Shown piece by piece: positions 38,101 to 50,240 of a stretch of 64,000 nucleotides of DNA. The position numbers and the translations under genes are program-made. The notes under the pieces are model-generated. The model saw only the letters and a list, made by a program, of their open reading frames with translations, made no database searches and was not told the origin of the DNA. The stretch is from Eledone cirrhosa (lineage: Eukaryota), in assembly GCA_964016885.1 (NCBI GenBank), contig OZ024745.1, forward strand, positions 46,872,001 to 46,936,000. Direction: 5' to 3'. How positions within the stretch are numbered: the first letter of the stretch is position 1; each line of letters begins with the position of its first letter.

Positions 38101-41100
38101 TAGGTGCCCCGTTTTTTTTATGGGGGGGTCCGTTTTTTACTTGGGTACCCCGTTTTTTATTTGGGTACCCCGTTTTTTTATGGGGGGGGGTCCGTTTTTT
38201 ATCTGGGTGCCCCGTTTTTTATGGGGGGGGGTACGTTTTTTATTTGGGTGCCCCGTTTTTTATTATGGGGGGTCCGTTTTTTTTTGGGTACCCCGTTTTT
38301 TATTTGGGTGCCCAGTTTTTTATTTGGGTGCCCCGTTTTTTTATGGGGGGCGTTTTTTATTTGGGTACCCCGTTTTTTTATGGGGGGGTCCGTTTTATAT
38401 TTGGGTGCCCCGTTTTTTTATGGGGGGGGTACGTTTTTTATTTGGATGCCCCGTTTTTTATTTGGGTGCCCTGTTTTTTATTTGGGTACCCTGTTTTTTA
38501 TTTGGGTGCCCCGTTTTTTTATGGGGGGTCCGTTTTTTATTTGGGTACCCCTTTTTTTATTTGGGTGCCCCGATTTTTTATGGGGCAGGTCCGTTTTTTA
38601 ATTGGGTACCCCATTTTTTATTTGGGTGCCCCGTTTTTTTATGGTTGGGGTCCGTTTTATATTTGGGTGCCCCGTTTTTTTATGGAGACGTCCGTCTTTT
38701 ATTTGGGTGCCCCGTTTTTTTATGGGCAGGGGTCCGTTTTTTATTTGGGTGCCCCGTTTTTTTATGGGGGGGGGGGGTACGTTTTTTAATTGGGTACCCC
38801 GTTTTTTATTTGGGTGCCCCGTTTTTTTATGGGGGGTCCGTTTTTTATTTGGGTGCCCCGTTTTTTATTTGGGTGCCCCGTTTTTTATTAGGGTACCCCT
38901 TTTTTTATTTGGGTGCCCCGTTTTTTATTTGGGTGCCCCGTTTTTTATTTGGGTACCCCGTTTTATATTTGGGTGCCCCGTTTTTTATTAGGGTACCCCG
39001 TTTTTTATTTGGGTGCCCCGTTTTTTATTTGGGTGCCCCGTTTTTTATTTGGGTGCCCCGTTTTTTTATGGGGGGGTCCGTTTTTTATTTGGGTACCCCG
39101 TTCTTTATTTGGGTGCCCCGTTTTTTTATGGGGAGGGGTCCGTTTTTTATATGGGTGCCCCGTGTTTTTATGGGGGGTGTCCGTATTTTATTTGGGTACC
39201 CTGTTTTTTATTTGCGTGCCCCGTTTTTTTATGGGAGCGTTCGTTTTTTGTTTGGGTACCCCTTTTTTCTTATGGGGGGTCCGTTTATTGTTTGGGTGCC
39301 CCGTTTTTTATTTGGGTGACCCGTTATTTATTTGGGTACCCCGTTTTTTATTTGGGTGCCCCGTTTTTTTACGGGGGGTCCGTTTTTTATTTGGGTACCC
39401 CGTTTTTTATTTGGGTGCCCCGTTTTTTTATGGGGGGTCCGTTTTTTATTTGGGTGCCCCGTGTTTTTATGGTGGGGGGGTCCGTTTTTTATTTGGGTGC
39501 ACCGTTTTTTTATGCGGGGGTCCGTTTTTTATTTGGGTGCCCCGTTTTTTATGGGGGGGTCCGTTTTTTATTTGGGTACCCCGTTTTTTTATGGGGGGTC
39601 CGTTTTTTTATGGGGGGTCCGTTTTTTATTTGGGTGCCCCGTGTTTTTATGGTGGGGGTCCGTTTTTTATTTGGGTGCACCGTTTTTTTATGCGGGGGTC
39701 CGTTTTTTATTTGGGTGCCTCGTTTTTTTATGAGGGGTTCCGTTTTTTATTTGCGTACCCCGTTTTTTATTTGGGTGCCCCGTTTTTTTATGGGGTGGTC
39801 CGTTTTTTATTTGGGTGCCCGTTTTTTATTTAGGTGCCCCGTTTTTTATTTGGGTACCCCGTTTTTTTATGGGGAGGCCGTTTTTTATTTGGGTGCACCG
39901 TTTTTTATTTGGGTGCCCCGTTTCTTATTTGGGTGCACCGTTTTTTATTTGGGTACCCCGTTTTTTATTTGGGTGCCCCGTTTATTTATGGGGGGTCCGT
40001 TTTTTATTTGGGTGCTCCGTTTTTTATTTGTGTGCCCCGTTTTTTATTTGGGTGCACCGTTTTTTATTTGGGTGCACCGTTCCTTATTTGGGTGCCCCGT
40101 TTATTTATGGGGGGTCTGTTTTTTATTTGGGTGCCCCTTTTTTATTTGGGTACCCCGTTTTTTATTTGGGTGCCCCGTTTATTTATGGGGAGTCCGTTTT
40201 TTATTTGGGTGCTCCGTTTTTTATTTGTGTGCCCCGTTTTTTATTTGGGTACCCCGTTTTTTTATGGGGGGGGTACGTTTTTTATTTGGGTGCCCCGTTT
40301 TTTATTTGGGTTCCCCGTTTTTTATGGGTGGGTACGTTTTTCATTTGGGTGCCCCGTTTTTTTTATGGGGGGTCCGTTTTTTATTTGGGTGCCCCTTTAT
40401 TATGGGGGGTCCGTTTTTTTTTTGGGTACCCCGTTTTTTATTTGGGTGCCCAGATTTTTATTTGGGTGCCCCGTTTTTTTATGGGGGGCGTTTTTTATTT
40501 GGGTACCCCGTTTTTTTATGGGGGGGTCCGTTCTATATTTGGGTGCCCCGTTTTTTTATGGGGGGGGGGTCCGTTTTTTATTTGGATGCCCCGTTTTTTA
40601 TTTGGGTGCCCTGTTTTTTATTTGGGTACCCTGTTTTTTATTTGGGTGCCCCGTTTTTTTATAGGGGGTCCGTTTTTTATTTGGGTACCCCTTTTTTTAT
40701 TTGGGTGCCCCGATTTTTTATGGGGCAGGTCCGTTTTTTATTTGGGTGACCCGTTTTTTTATGGGGGGGGGTCCATTTTTTATTTGGGTACCCCGTTCTT
40801 TATTTGGGTGCCCCTTTTTTTATGGGGGGGGTCCGTTTTTTATTTGGGTGCCCCGTTTTTTCATGGAGGCGTCCGTTTTTTATTTGGGTGCTCCGTTGTT
40901 TTATGAGGGGGGCTCCGTTTTTTATTTGGGTACCCCGTTTTTTATTTGGGTGCCCCGTTTTTTTATGGGGAGGGGTCCGTTTTTTATTTGGGTGCCCCGT
41001 TTTTTTATGGGGGGGTCCGTTTTTTAATTGGGTACCCCGTTTTTTATTTGGGTGCCCCGTTCTTTTATGGGGGGTCCGTTTTATATTTGGGTGCCCCGTT

Positions 41101-44100
41101 TTTATATGGGGGGGTCCGTTTTTTATTTGGGTGCCCCGTTTTTTTAAGGGGGGGTCGGTTTTTTATTTGGGTACCCCGTTTTTTATTGGGTGCCCCGTTT
41201 TTTATGGGGGGGCCGTTTTTTATTTGGGTACCCCGTTTTTTATTTGGGTGCACCGTTTTTTTATGTGGGGGTCTGTTTTTTATTTGGGTGCCCAGTTTTT
41301 TTATGGGGGGGTCCGTTTTTCATTTGGGTACCCCGTTTTTTATTTGGGTGCCTCGTTTTTTTATGGGGGGGTCCGTTTTTTATTTGGGTGCCCCGTTCTT
41401 TCATGGGGGGGTCCGTTTTTTATTTGGGTGCCCCGTTTTTTATGGGGGCTCCGTTTTTTATTTGGGTGCCCCGTTTTTTATGCGGGGGCCCGTTTTTTAT
41501 TTGGGGGCCCCGTTTTTTTATGGGGGGGTCCGTTTTTTATTTGGGTACCCCGTTTTTTATTTGGGTGCCATGTTTTTTTATGGGGTGGTCCGTTTTTTAT
41601 TTGGGTGCCCCGTTGTTTATTTGGGTGCACCGTTTTTATTTGGGTACCCCGTTATTTATTTGGGTGACCCGTTTTTTATTTGGGTACCCCGTTTTATATT
41701 TGGGTGCCCCGTTTCTTTATGAGGGTGGGTCCGTTTTTTATTTGGGTACCCCGTTCTTTATTTGGGTGCCCCGTTTTTTTTATGGGGAGGGGTCCCTTTT
41801 TTATTTGGGTGCCCCGTTTTTTATTTGGGTGCCCTGTTTTTTATTTGGGTACCCCGTTTTTTATTTGGGTGCCCCGTTTTTTTATGGGGGGGGGTCCGTT
41901 TTTTATTTGGGTACCCCGTTTGTTATTTGGGTGCCCCGTTTTTTTACGGGGGGGGTCCGTTTTTTATTTGGGTACCCCGTTTATTATTTGGGTGCCCCGT
42001 TTTTTTATGGGGGGGTCCGTTTTTTATTTGGGTGCCCCGTTTTTTTATGGAGGCGTCCGTTTTTTATTTGGGTGCCCCGTTTTTTTATGAGGGAGGCTCT
42101 GTTTTTTATTTGGGTACCCCGTTTTTTATTTGGGTGCCCCGTTTTTTTATGGGGAGGGGTCCGTTTTTTATTTGGGTGCCCCGTTTTTTTATGGGGGGGT
42201 CCGTTTTTTAATTGGGTACCCCCTTTTTTATTTGGGTGCCCCGTTTTTTTATGGGGGGTCCGTTTTTTATTTGGGTACCCCGTTTTTTATGGGGGGTCCG
42301 TTTCATATTTGGGTGCTCCGTTTTTATATGGGGGGGTCCGTTTTTTATTTGGGTGCCCCGTTTTTTTAAGGGGGGGTCGGTTTTTTATTTGGGTACCCCG
42401 TTTTTTATTGGGTGCCCCGTTTTTTATGGGGGGGCCGTTTTTTATTTGGGTACCCCGTTTTTTATTTGGGTGCCCCGTTTTTTTTATGGGGGGGTCTGTT
42501 TTTTATTTGGGTGCCCCGTTTTTTTATGGGGGGGTCCGTTTTTCATTTGGGTACCCCGTTTTTTATTTGGGTGCCCCGTTTTTTTATGGGGGGTCCGTTT
42601 TTTATTTGGGTGCCCCGTTCTTTCATGGGGGGCTCCGTTATTTATATGGGTGCCCCGTTTTTTATGGGGGCTCCGTTTTTTATTTGGGTGCCCCGTTTTT
42701 TATGCGGGGGTCAGTTTTTTATTTGGGTGCCCCGTTTTTTTATGGGGGGGTCCGTTTTTTATTTGGGTGCCCCGTTTTTTTATGGGGGGGTCCGTTTTTT
42801 ATTCGGGTACCCCGTTTTTTATTTGGGTGCCATGTTTTTTTATGGGGTGGTCCGTTTTTTATTTGGGTGCCCCGTTTTTTATTTGGGTGCCCCGTTTTTT
42901 ATTTGGGTACCCCGTTTTTTATTTGGGTGCCCCGTTTCTTTATGAGGGTGGGTCCGTTTTTTATTTGGGTACCCCGTTTTTTATGGGGGGTCCGTTTTAT
43001 ATTTGGGTGCCCCGTTTTTATATGGGGGGGGTCCGTTTTTTATTTGGGTGCCCCGTTTTTTTAAGGGGGGGTCGGTTTTTTATTTGGGTACCCCGTTTTT
43101 TATTTGGGTACCCCGTTTTTTTATGGGGGGTCCGTTTTTTAATTGGGTACCCCATTTTTTATTTGGGTGCCCCGTTTTTTTATGGGGAGGGGTCTGTTTT
43201 TTATTTGGGTGCCCCGTTTTTTTATGGGGGGGTCCGTTTTTTAATTGGGTACCCCGTTTTTTATTTGGGTGCCATGTTTTTTTATGGGGTGGTCCGTTTT
43301 TTATTTGGGTGCCCCGTTTTTTATTTGGGTGCACCGTTTTTATTTGGGTACCCCGTTATTTATTTGGGTGCCCCGTTTTTTATTTGGGTACCCCGTTTTT
43401 TATTTGGGTGCCCCGTTTCTTTATGAGGGTGGGTCCGTTTTTTATTTGGGTACCCCGTTCTTTATTTGGGTGCCCCGTTTTTTTTATGGGGAGGGGTCCC
43501 TTTTTTATTTGGGTGCCCCGTTTTTTTATGGGGGGGGTCCGTTTTTTAATTGGGTACCCACGTTTTTTATTTGCGTGCCCCGTTATTTTATGGGGGGTCC
43601 GTTTTTTATTTGGGTACCCTGTTTTTTATTTGGGTGCCCCGTTTTTTTATGGGGGGGTCCGTTTATTATTTGGGTACCCCGGTATTTATTTGGGTACCCC
43701 ATTTTTTTATGGTTGGGGTCTGTTTCTAATTTGGGTGCCCCGTTTTTTTATGGGGGGGTCCGTTTTTTATTTGGGTACCCCGTTTTTTATTTGGGTGCCC
43801 CGTTTTTTTATGGGGGGGTGTCCGTTTTTTATTTAGGTGCCCCGTTTTTTTTACGGGCGGTCCGTTTTTTATTTGGGTACCCCGTCTTTTATTTGGGTAC
43901 CCCGTTCTTTTATGGGGGGTCCGTTTTTTAATTGGGTACCCCATTTTTTATTTGGGTGCCCCGTTTTTTTATTGTTGGGGTCCGTCTTTTATTTGGGTAC
44001 CCCGTTTTTTATTTGGGTGACCCGTTTTTTTATGGGGAGGGGTCCGTTTTTATTTGGGTGCCCCGTTTTTTTATGGGGGGTCCGTTTTTTAATTGGGTAC

Positions 44101-45849
44101 CCCGTTTTTTATTTGGGTGCCCCGTTTTTTTATGGGGGGTCCGTTTTTTATTTGGGTACCCCGTATTTTATGGGGGGTCCGTTTTATATTTGGGTGCCCC
44201 GTTTTTATATGGGGGGTCCGTTTTTTATTTGGGTGCACCGTTTTTTTAAGGGGGGGTCGGTTTTTTATTTGGGTACCCCGTTTTTATTGGGTGCCCCGTT
44301 TTTTATGGGGGGGCCGTTTTTTATTTGGGTACCCCGTTTTTTATTTGGGTGCCCCGTTTTTTTATGTGGGGGTCTGTTTTTTATTTGGGTGCCCCGTTTT
44401 TTTATGGGGGAGTCCGTTTTTCATTTGGGTACCCCGTTTTTTATTTGGGTGCCCCGTTTTTTTATGGGGTGTCCGTTTTTTATTTGGGTGCCCCGTTTTT
44501 TCATGGGGGGGGTCCGTTTTATATGGGTGCCCCGTTTTTTATGGGGGCTCCGTTTTTTATTTGGTTGCCCCGTTTTTTATGCGGGGGTCCGTTTTTTATT
44601 TGGGTGCCCCGTTTTTTTATGGGGGGTCCATTTTTTATTTGGGTGCCTCGTTTTTTTATGGGGGGGTACGTTTTTTATTTGGGTACCCCGTTTTTTATTT
44701 GGGTGCCATGTTTTTTATGGGGTGGTCCGTTTTTTATTTGGGTGCCCCGTTTTTTATTTGGGTGCACCGTTTTTATTTGGGTACCCCGTTATTTATTTGG
44801 GTGCCCCGTTTTTTATTTGGGTACCCCGTTTTTTATTTGGGTGCCCCGTTTCTTTATGAGGGTGGGTCCGTTTTTTATTTGGGTACCCCGTTTTTTATGG
44901 GGGTCCGTTTTATATTTGGGTGCCCCGTTTTTATATGAGGGGGTCCGTTTTTTATTTGGGTGCCCTGTTTTTTTAAGGGGGGGGTCTGTTTTTTATTTGG
45001 GTACCCCGTTTTTTATTGGGTGCCCCGTTTTTTATGGGGGGGGGGGCGTTTTTTATTTGGGTACCCCGTTTTTTATTTGGGTGCCCCGTTTTTTTATGTG
45101 GGGGTCTGTTTTTTATGGGGGGGTCCGTTTTTCATTTGGGTACCTCGTTTTTTATTTGGGTGACCCGTTTTTTTATGGGGGGTCCGTTTTTTATTTGGGT
45201 GCCCCGTTCTTTCATGGGGGGGTCCGTTTTTTATATGGGTGCCCGTTTTTTATGGGGGCTCCGTTTTCTATTTGGGTGCCCCGTTTTTTATGCGGGGGTC
45301 CGTTTTTTATTTGGGTGCCCCGTTTTTTATTTGGGTGTCCCGTTTTTTTATGGGGCGGGTCCGTTTTTTATTTGGGTGCCCCGTTTTTTATGGGGGGGTC
45401 CGTTTTTTATTTGGGTACCCCGTTTTTTATTTGGGTGCTCCGTTTTTTTATGGGGGGGTTCCGTTTTTTATTTGGGTGCCCCGTTTTTTATTTGGGTGCC
45501 CCGTTTTTTTATGGGGGGGTCCCGTTTTTTATTTGGGTGCCCCGTTTTTTTATGGGGGGGTCCGTTTTTTATTTGGGTACACCGTTTTTTATTTGGGTGC
45601 CCCGTTTTTTTATGGGGGGGTCCGTTTTTTATTTGGGTGCCCCGTTTTTTTATGGGGGGGGTCCGTTTTTTATTTGGGTGCCCCGTTTTTTATTTGGGTG
45701 CCCCGTTTTTTTATGGGGGGGTCCGTTTTTTATTTGGGTGCCCCGTTTTTTTATGGGGGGGGTCCGTTTTTTATTTGGGTGCCCCGTTTTTTTATGGGGG
45801 GGTCCCGTTTTTTATTTGGGTGCCCCGTTTTTTTATGGGGGGGGGGTCC

Positions 45850-48800
45850 GTTTTTTATTTGGGTACCCCGTTTTTTATTTGGGTGCCCCGTTTTTTTATG
45901 GGGGGGGTCCGTTTTTTATTTGGGTACCCCGTTTCTTATTTGGGTGCCCCGTTTTTTTATGGGGGGGGTCCGTTTTTTATTTGGGTACCCCGTTTTTTAT
46001 TTGGGTGCCCCGTTTTTTTATGGGGGGGTCCGTTTTTTATTTGGGTGCCCCGTTTTTTTATGGAGGCGTACGTTTTTTATTTGGGTGCCCCGTTTTTTTA
46101 TGAGGGAGGCTCCGTTTTTTATTTGGGTACCCCGTTTTTTATTTGGGTGCCCCGTTTTTTTATGGGGAGGGGTCCGTTTTTTATTTGGGTGCCCCGCTTT
46201 TTTATGGGGGGGTCCGTTTTTTAATTGGGTACCCCCTTTTTTATTTGGGTGCCCCGTTGTTTTATGGGGGGTCCGTTTTTTATTTGGGTACCCCGTTTTT
46301 TATGGGGGGTCCGCTTTATATTTGGGTGCCCCGTTTTTATATGGGGGGGTCCGTTTTTTATTTGGGTGCCCCGTTTTTTTAAGGGGGGGTCGGTTATTTA
46401 TTTGGGTACCCCGTTTTTTATTGGGTGCCCCGTTTTTTATGGGGGGGCCGTTTTTCATTTGGGTACCCCGTTTTTTATTTGGGTGCCCCGTTTTTTTATG
46501 TGGGGGTCTGTTTTTTATTTGGGTGCCCCGTTTTTTTATGGGGGGGTCCGTTTTTTAATTGGGTACCCCGTTTTTTATTTGGGTGCCACGTTTTTTTATG
46601 GGGGGTCCGTTTTTTATTTGGGTACCCCGTTTTTTATGGGGGGTCCGTTTTATATTTGGGTGCCCCGTTTTTATATGGGGGGTCCGTTTTTAATTTGGGT
46701 GCCCCGTTTTTTTAAGGGGGGGTCGGTCTTTTATTTGGGTACCCCGTTTTTTATTGGGTGCCCCGTTTTTTATGGGGGGGCCGTTTTTTATTTGGGTATC
46801 CCGTTTTTTATTTGGGTGCCCCTTTTTTTTATGTGGGGGTCTGTTTTTTATTTGGGTGCCCAGTTTTTTTATGGGGGGGTCCGTTTTTCATTTGGGTACC
46901 CCGTTTTTTATTTGGGTGCCCCGTTTTTTTATGGGGGGGTCCGTTTTTTATTTGGGTGCCCCGTTCTTTCATGGGGGGGTCCGTTTTTTATTTGGGTGCC
47001 CCGTTTTTTATGGGGGCTCCGTTTTTTATTTGGGTGCCCCGTTTTTTATGCGGGGGCCCGTTTTTCATTTGGGGGCCCCGTTTTTTTATGGGGGGGTCCG
47101 TTTTTTATTTGGGTACCCCGTTTTTTATTTGGGTGCCATGTTTTTTTATGGGGTGGTCCGTTTTTTATTTGGGTGCCCCGTTGTTTATTTGGGTGCACCG
47201 TTTTTATTTGGGTACCCCGTTATTTATTTGGGTGCCCCGTTTTTTATTTGGGTACCCCGTTTTTTATTTGGGTGCCCCGTTTCTTTATGAGGGTGGGTCC
47301 GTTTTTTATTTGGGTACCCCGTTATTTATTTGGGTGCCCCGTTTTTTTATGGGGGGGGTCCGTTTTTTATTTAGGTGCCCCGTTTTTTTATGGGGGGTCC
47401 GTTTTTTATTTGGGTACCCTGTTTTTTATTTGGGTGCCCCGTATTTTTATGGGGGGTCCGTTTTTTTATTTGGGTACCCCGGTTTTTATTTGGGTGCCCC
47501 ATTTTGTTATGGTTGGGGTCCGTTTTTTATTTGGGTACCCCGTTTTTTATTTGTTTGCCCCGTTTTTTTATGGGGGGGTGTCCGTTTTTTATTTAGGTGC
47601 CCCGTTTTTTATTTGGGTGCCCTGTTTTTTTATGGGGGGTCCGTTTTTTATTTGGGTACTACTTTTTTTATTTGGGTGCTCCGAATTTTTATGGGGGAGG
47701 TCCGTTTTTTATTTGGGTGCCCCGTTTTTTTATGGGGGGGTCCGTTTTTTATTTGGGTACCCCGTTTTTTACTTGGGTGCCCCGTTTTTTTATGGGGGGT
47801 CCGTTTTTTATTTGGGTACCCCGTTTTTTATTTGGGTGCCCCGTTTTTTTATGGGGGGGGGGGTCCGTTTTTTATTTGGGTACCCCGTTTTTTATTTGGG
47901 TGCCCCGTTTTTTTATGGGGGGGGGGGGTCCGTTTTTTATTTGGGTACCCCGTTTTTTATTTGGGTGCCCCGTTTTTTTATGGGGGGGGTCCGTTTTTTA
48001 TTTGGGTGCCCCGTTTTTTTATGGAGGCGTCCGTTTTTTATTTGGGTGCCCCGTTTTTTTATGAGGGAGGCTCCGTTTTTTATTTGGGTACCCCGTTTTT
48101 TATTTGGGTGCCCCGTTTTTTTATGGGGAGGGGTCCGTTTTTTATTTGGGTGCCCCGCTTTTTTATGGGGGGGTCCGTTTTTTAATTGGGTACCCCCTTT
48201 TTTATTTGGGTGCCCCGTTGTTTTATGGGGGGTCCGTTTTTTATTTGGGTACCCCGTTATTTATGGGGGGTCCGTTTTATATTTGGGTGCCCCGTTTTTA
48301 TATGGGGGGGTCCGTTTTTTATTTGGGTGCCCCGTTTTTTTAAGGGGGGGGGCGGTTTTTTATTTGGGTACCCCGTTTTTTATTGGGTGCCCCGTTTTTT
48401 ATGGGGGGGCCGTTTTTTATTTGGGTACCCCGTTTTTTATTTGGGTGCCCCGTTTTTTTATGTGGGGGTCTGTTTTTTATTTGGGTGCCCCGTTTTTTTA
48501 TGGGGGGGTCCGTTTTTTAATTGGGTACCCCGTTTTTTATTTGGGTGCCCCGTTTTTTTATGGGGGGGTCCGTTTTTTATTTGGGTACCCCGTTTTTTAT
48601 GGGGGGTCCGTTTTATATTTGGGTGCCCCGTTTTTATATGGGGGGTCCGTTTTTAATTTGGGTGCCCCGTTTTTTTAAGGGGGGGTCGGTTTTTTATTTG
48701 GGTACCCCGTTTTTTATTGGGTGCCCCGTTTTTTATGGGGGGGGCCGTTTTTTATTTGGGTACCCCGTTTTTTATTTGGGTGCCCCGTTTTTTTATGTGG

Positions 48801-50240
48801 GGGTCTGTTTTTTATTTGGGTGCCCAGTTTTTTTATGGGGGGGTCCGTTTTTCATTTGGGTACCCCGTTTTTTATTTGGGTGCCCCGTTTTTTTATGGGG
48901 GGGTCCGTTTTTTATTTGGGTGCCCCGTTCTTTCATGGGGGGGTCCGTTTTTTATTTGGGTGCCCCGTTTTTTATGGGGACTCCGTTTTTTATTTGGGTG
49001 CCACGTTTTTTATGCGGGGGCCCGTTTTTTATTTGGGGGCCCCGTTTTTTTATGGGGGGGTCCGTTTTTTATTTGGGTACCCCGTTTTTTATTTGGGTGC
49101 CATGTTTTTTTATGGGGTGGTCCGTTTTTTATTTGGGTGCCCCGTTGTTTATTTGGGTGCACCGTTTTTATTTGGGTACCCCGTTCTTTATTTGGGTGCC
49201 CCGTTTTTTTTATGGGGAGGGGTCCCTTTTTTATTTGGGTGCCTCGTTTTTTTATGGGGGGTCCGTTTTTCAATTGGGTACCCCGTTTTTTATTTGGGTG
49301 CCCCGTTTTTTTATGGGGGGGTCCGTTTTTTATTTAGGTGCCCCGTTTTTGTATGGGGGGTCCGTTTTTTATTTGGGTACCCTGTTTTTTATTTGGGTGC
49401 CCCGTTTTTTTATGGGGGGTCCGTTTTTTATTTGGGTACCCCGGTTTTTATTTGGGTGCCCCATTTTGTTATGGTTGGGGTCCGTTTTTTAATTGGGTAC
49501 CCCGTTTTTTATTTGTTTGCCCCGTTTTTTTATGGGGGGGTGTCCGTTTTTTATTTAGGTGCCCCGTTTTTTATTTGGGTGCCCTGTTTTTTTATGGGGG
49601 GTCCGTTTTTTATTTGGGTACTACTTTTTTTATTTGGGTGCCCCGATTTTTTATGGGGGAGGTCCGTTTTTTATTTGGGTGCCCCGTTTTTTTATGGGGG
49701 GGTCCGTTTTTTATTTGGGTACCCCGTTTTTTACTTGGGTGCCCCGTTTTTTTATGGGGGGTCCGTTTTTTATTTGGGTACCCCGTTTTTTATTTGGGTG
49801 CCCCGTTTTTTTATGGGGGGGGTCCGTTTTTTATTTGGGTACCCCGTTTCTTATTTGGGTGCCCCGTTTTTTTATGGGGGGGTCCGTTTTTTATTTGGGT
49901 ACCCCGTTTTTTATTTGGGTGCCCCGTTTTTTTATGGGGGGGTCCGTTTTTTATTTGGGTGCCCCGTTTTTTTATGGAGGCGTCCGTTTTTTATTTGGGT
50001 GCCCCGTTTTTTTATGAGGGAGGCTCCGTTTTTTATTTGGGTACCCCGTTTTTTATTTGGGTGCCCCGTTTTTTTATGGGGAGGGGTCCGTTTTTTATTT
50101 GGGTGCCCCGCTTTTTTATGGGGGGGTCCGTTTTTTAATTGGGTACCCCCTTTTTTATTTGGGTGCCCCGTTGTTTTATGGGGGGTCCGTTTTTTATTTG
50201 GGTACCCCGTTTTTTATGGGGGGTCCGTTTTATATTTGGG
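45850..50240 (+). repeat. ~1.96-kb tandem duplication (about 2.2 copies)
   Basis: ATGGAGGCGT..ATGAGGGAGGCTCC occurs at ~46060, 48021 and 49974. GTACTACTTT (~47657/49618) and TTGTTTGCCC (~47551/49513) match. ORF twins are 46143/48104 and 47597/49559. Confidence 0.88.
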
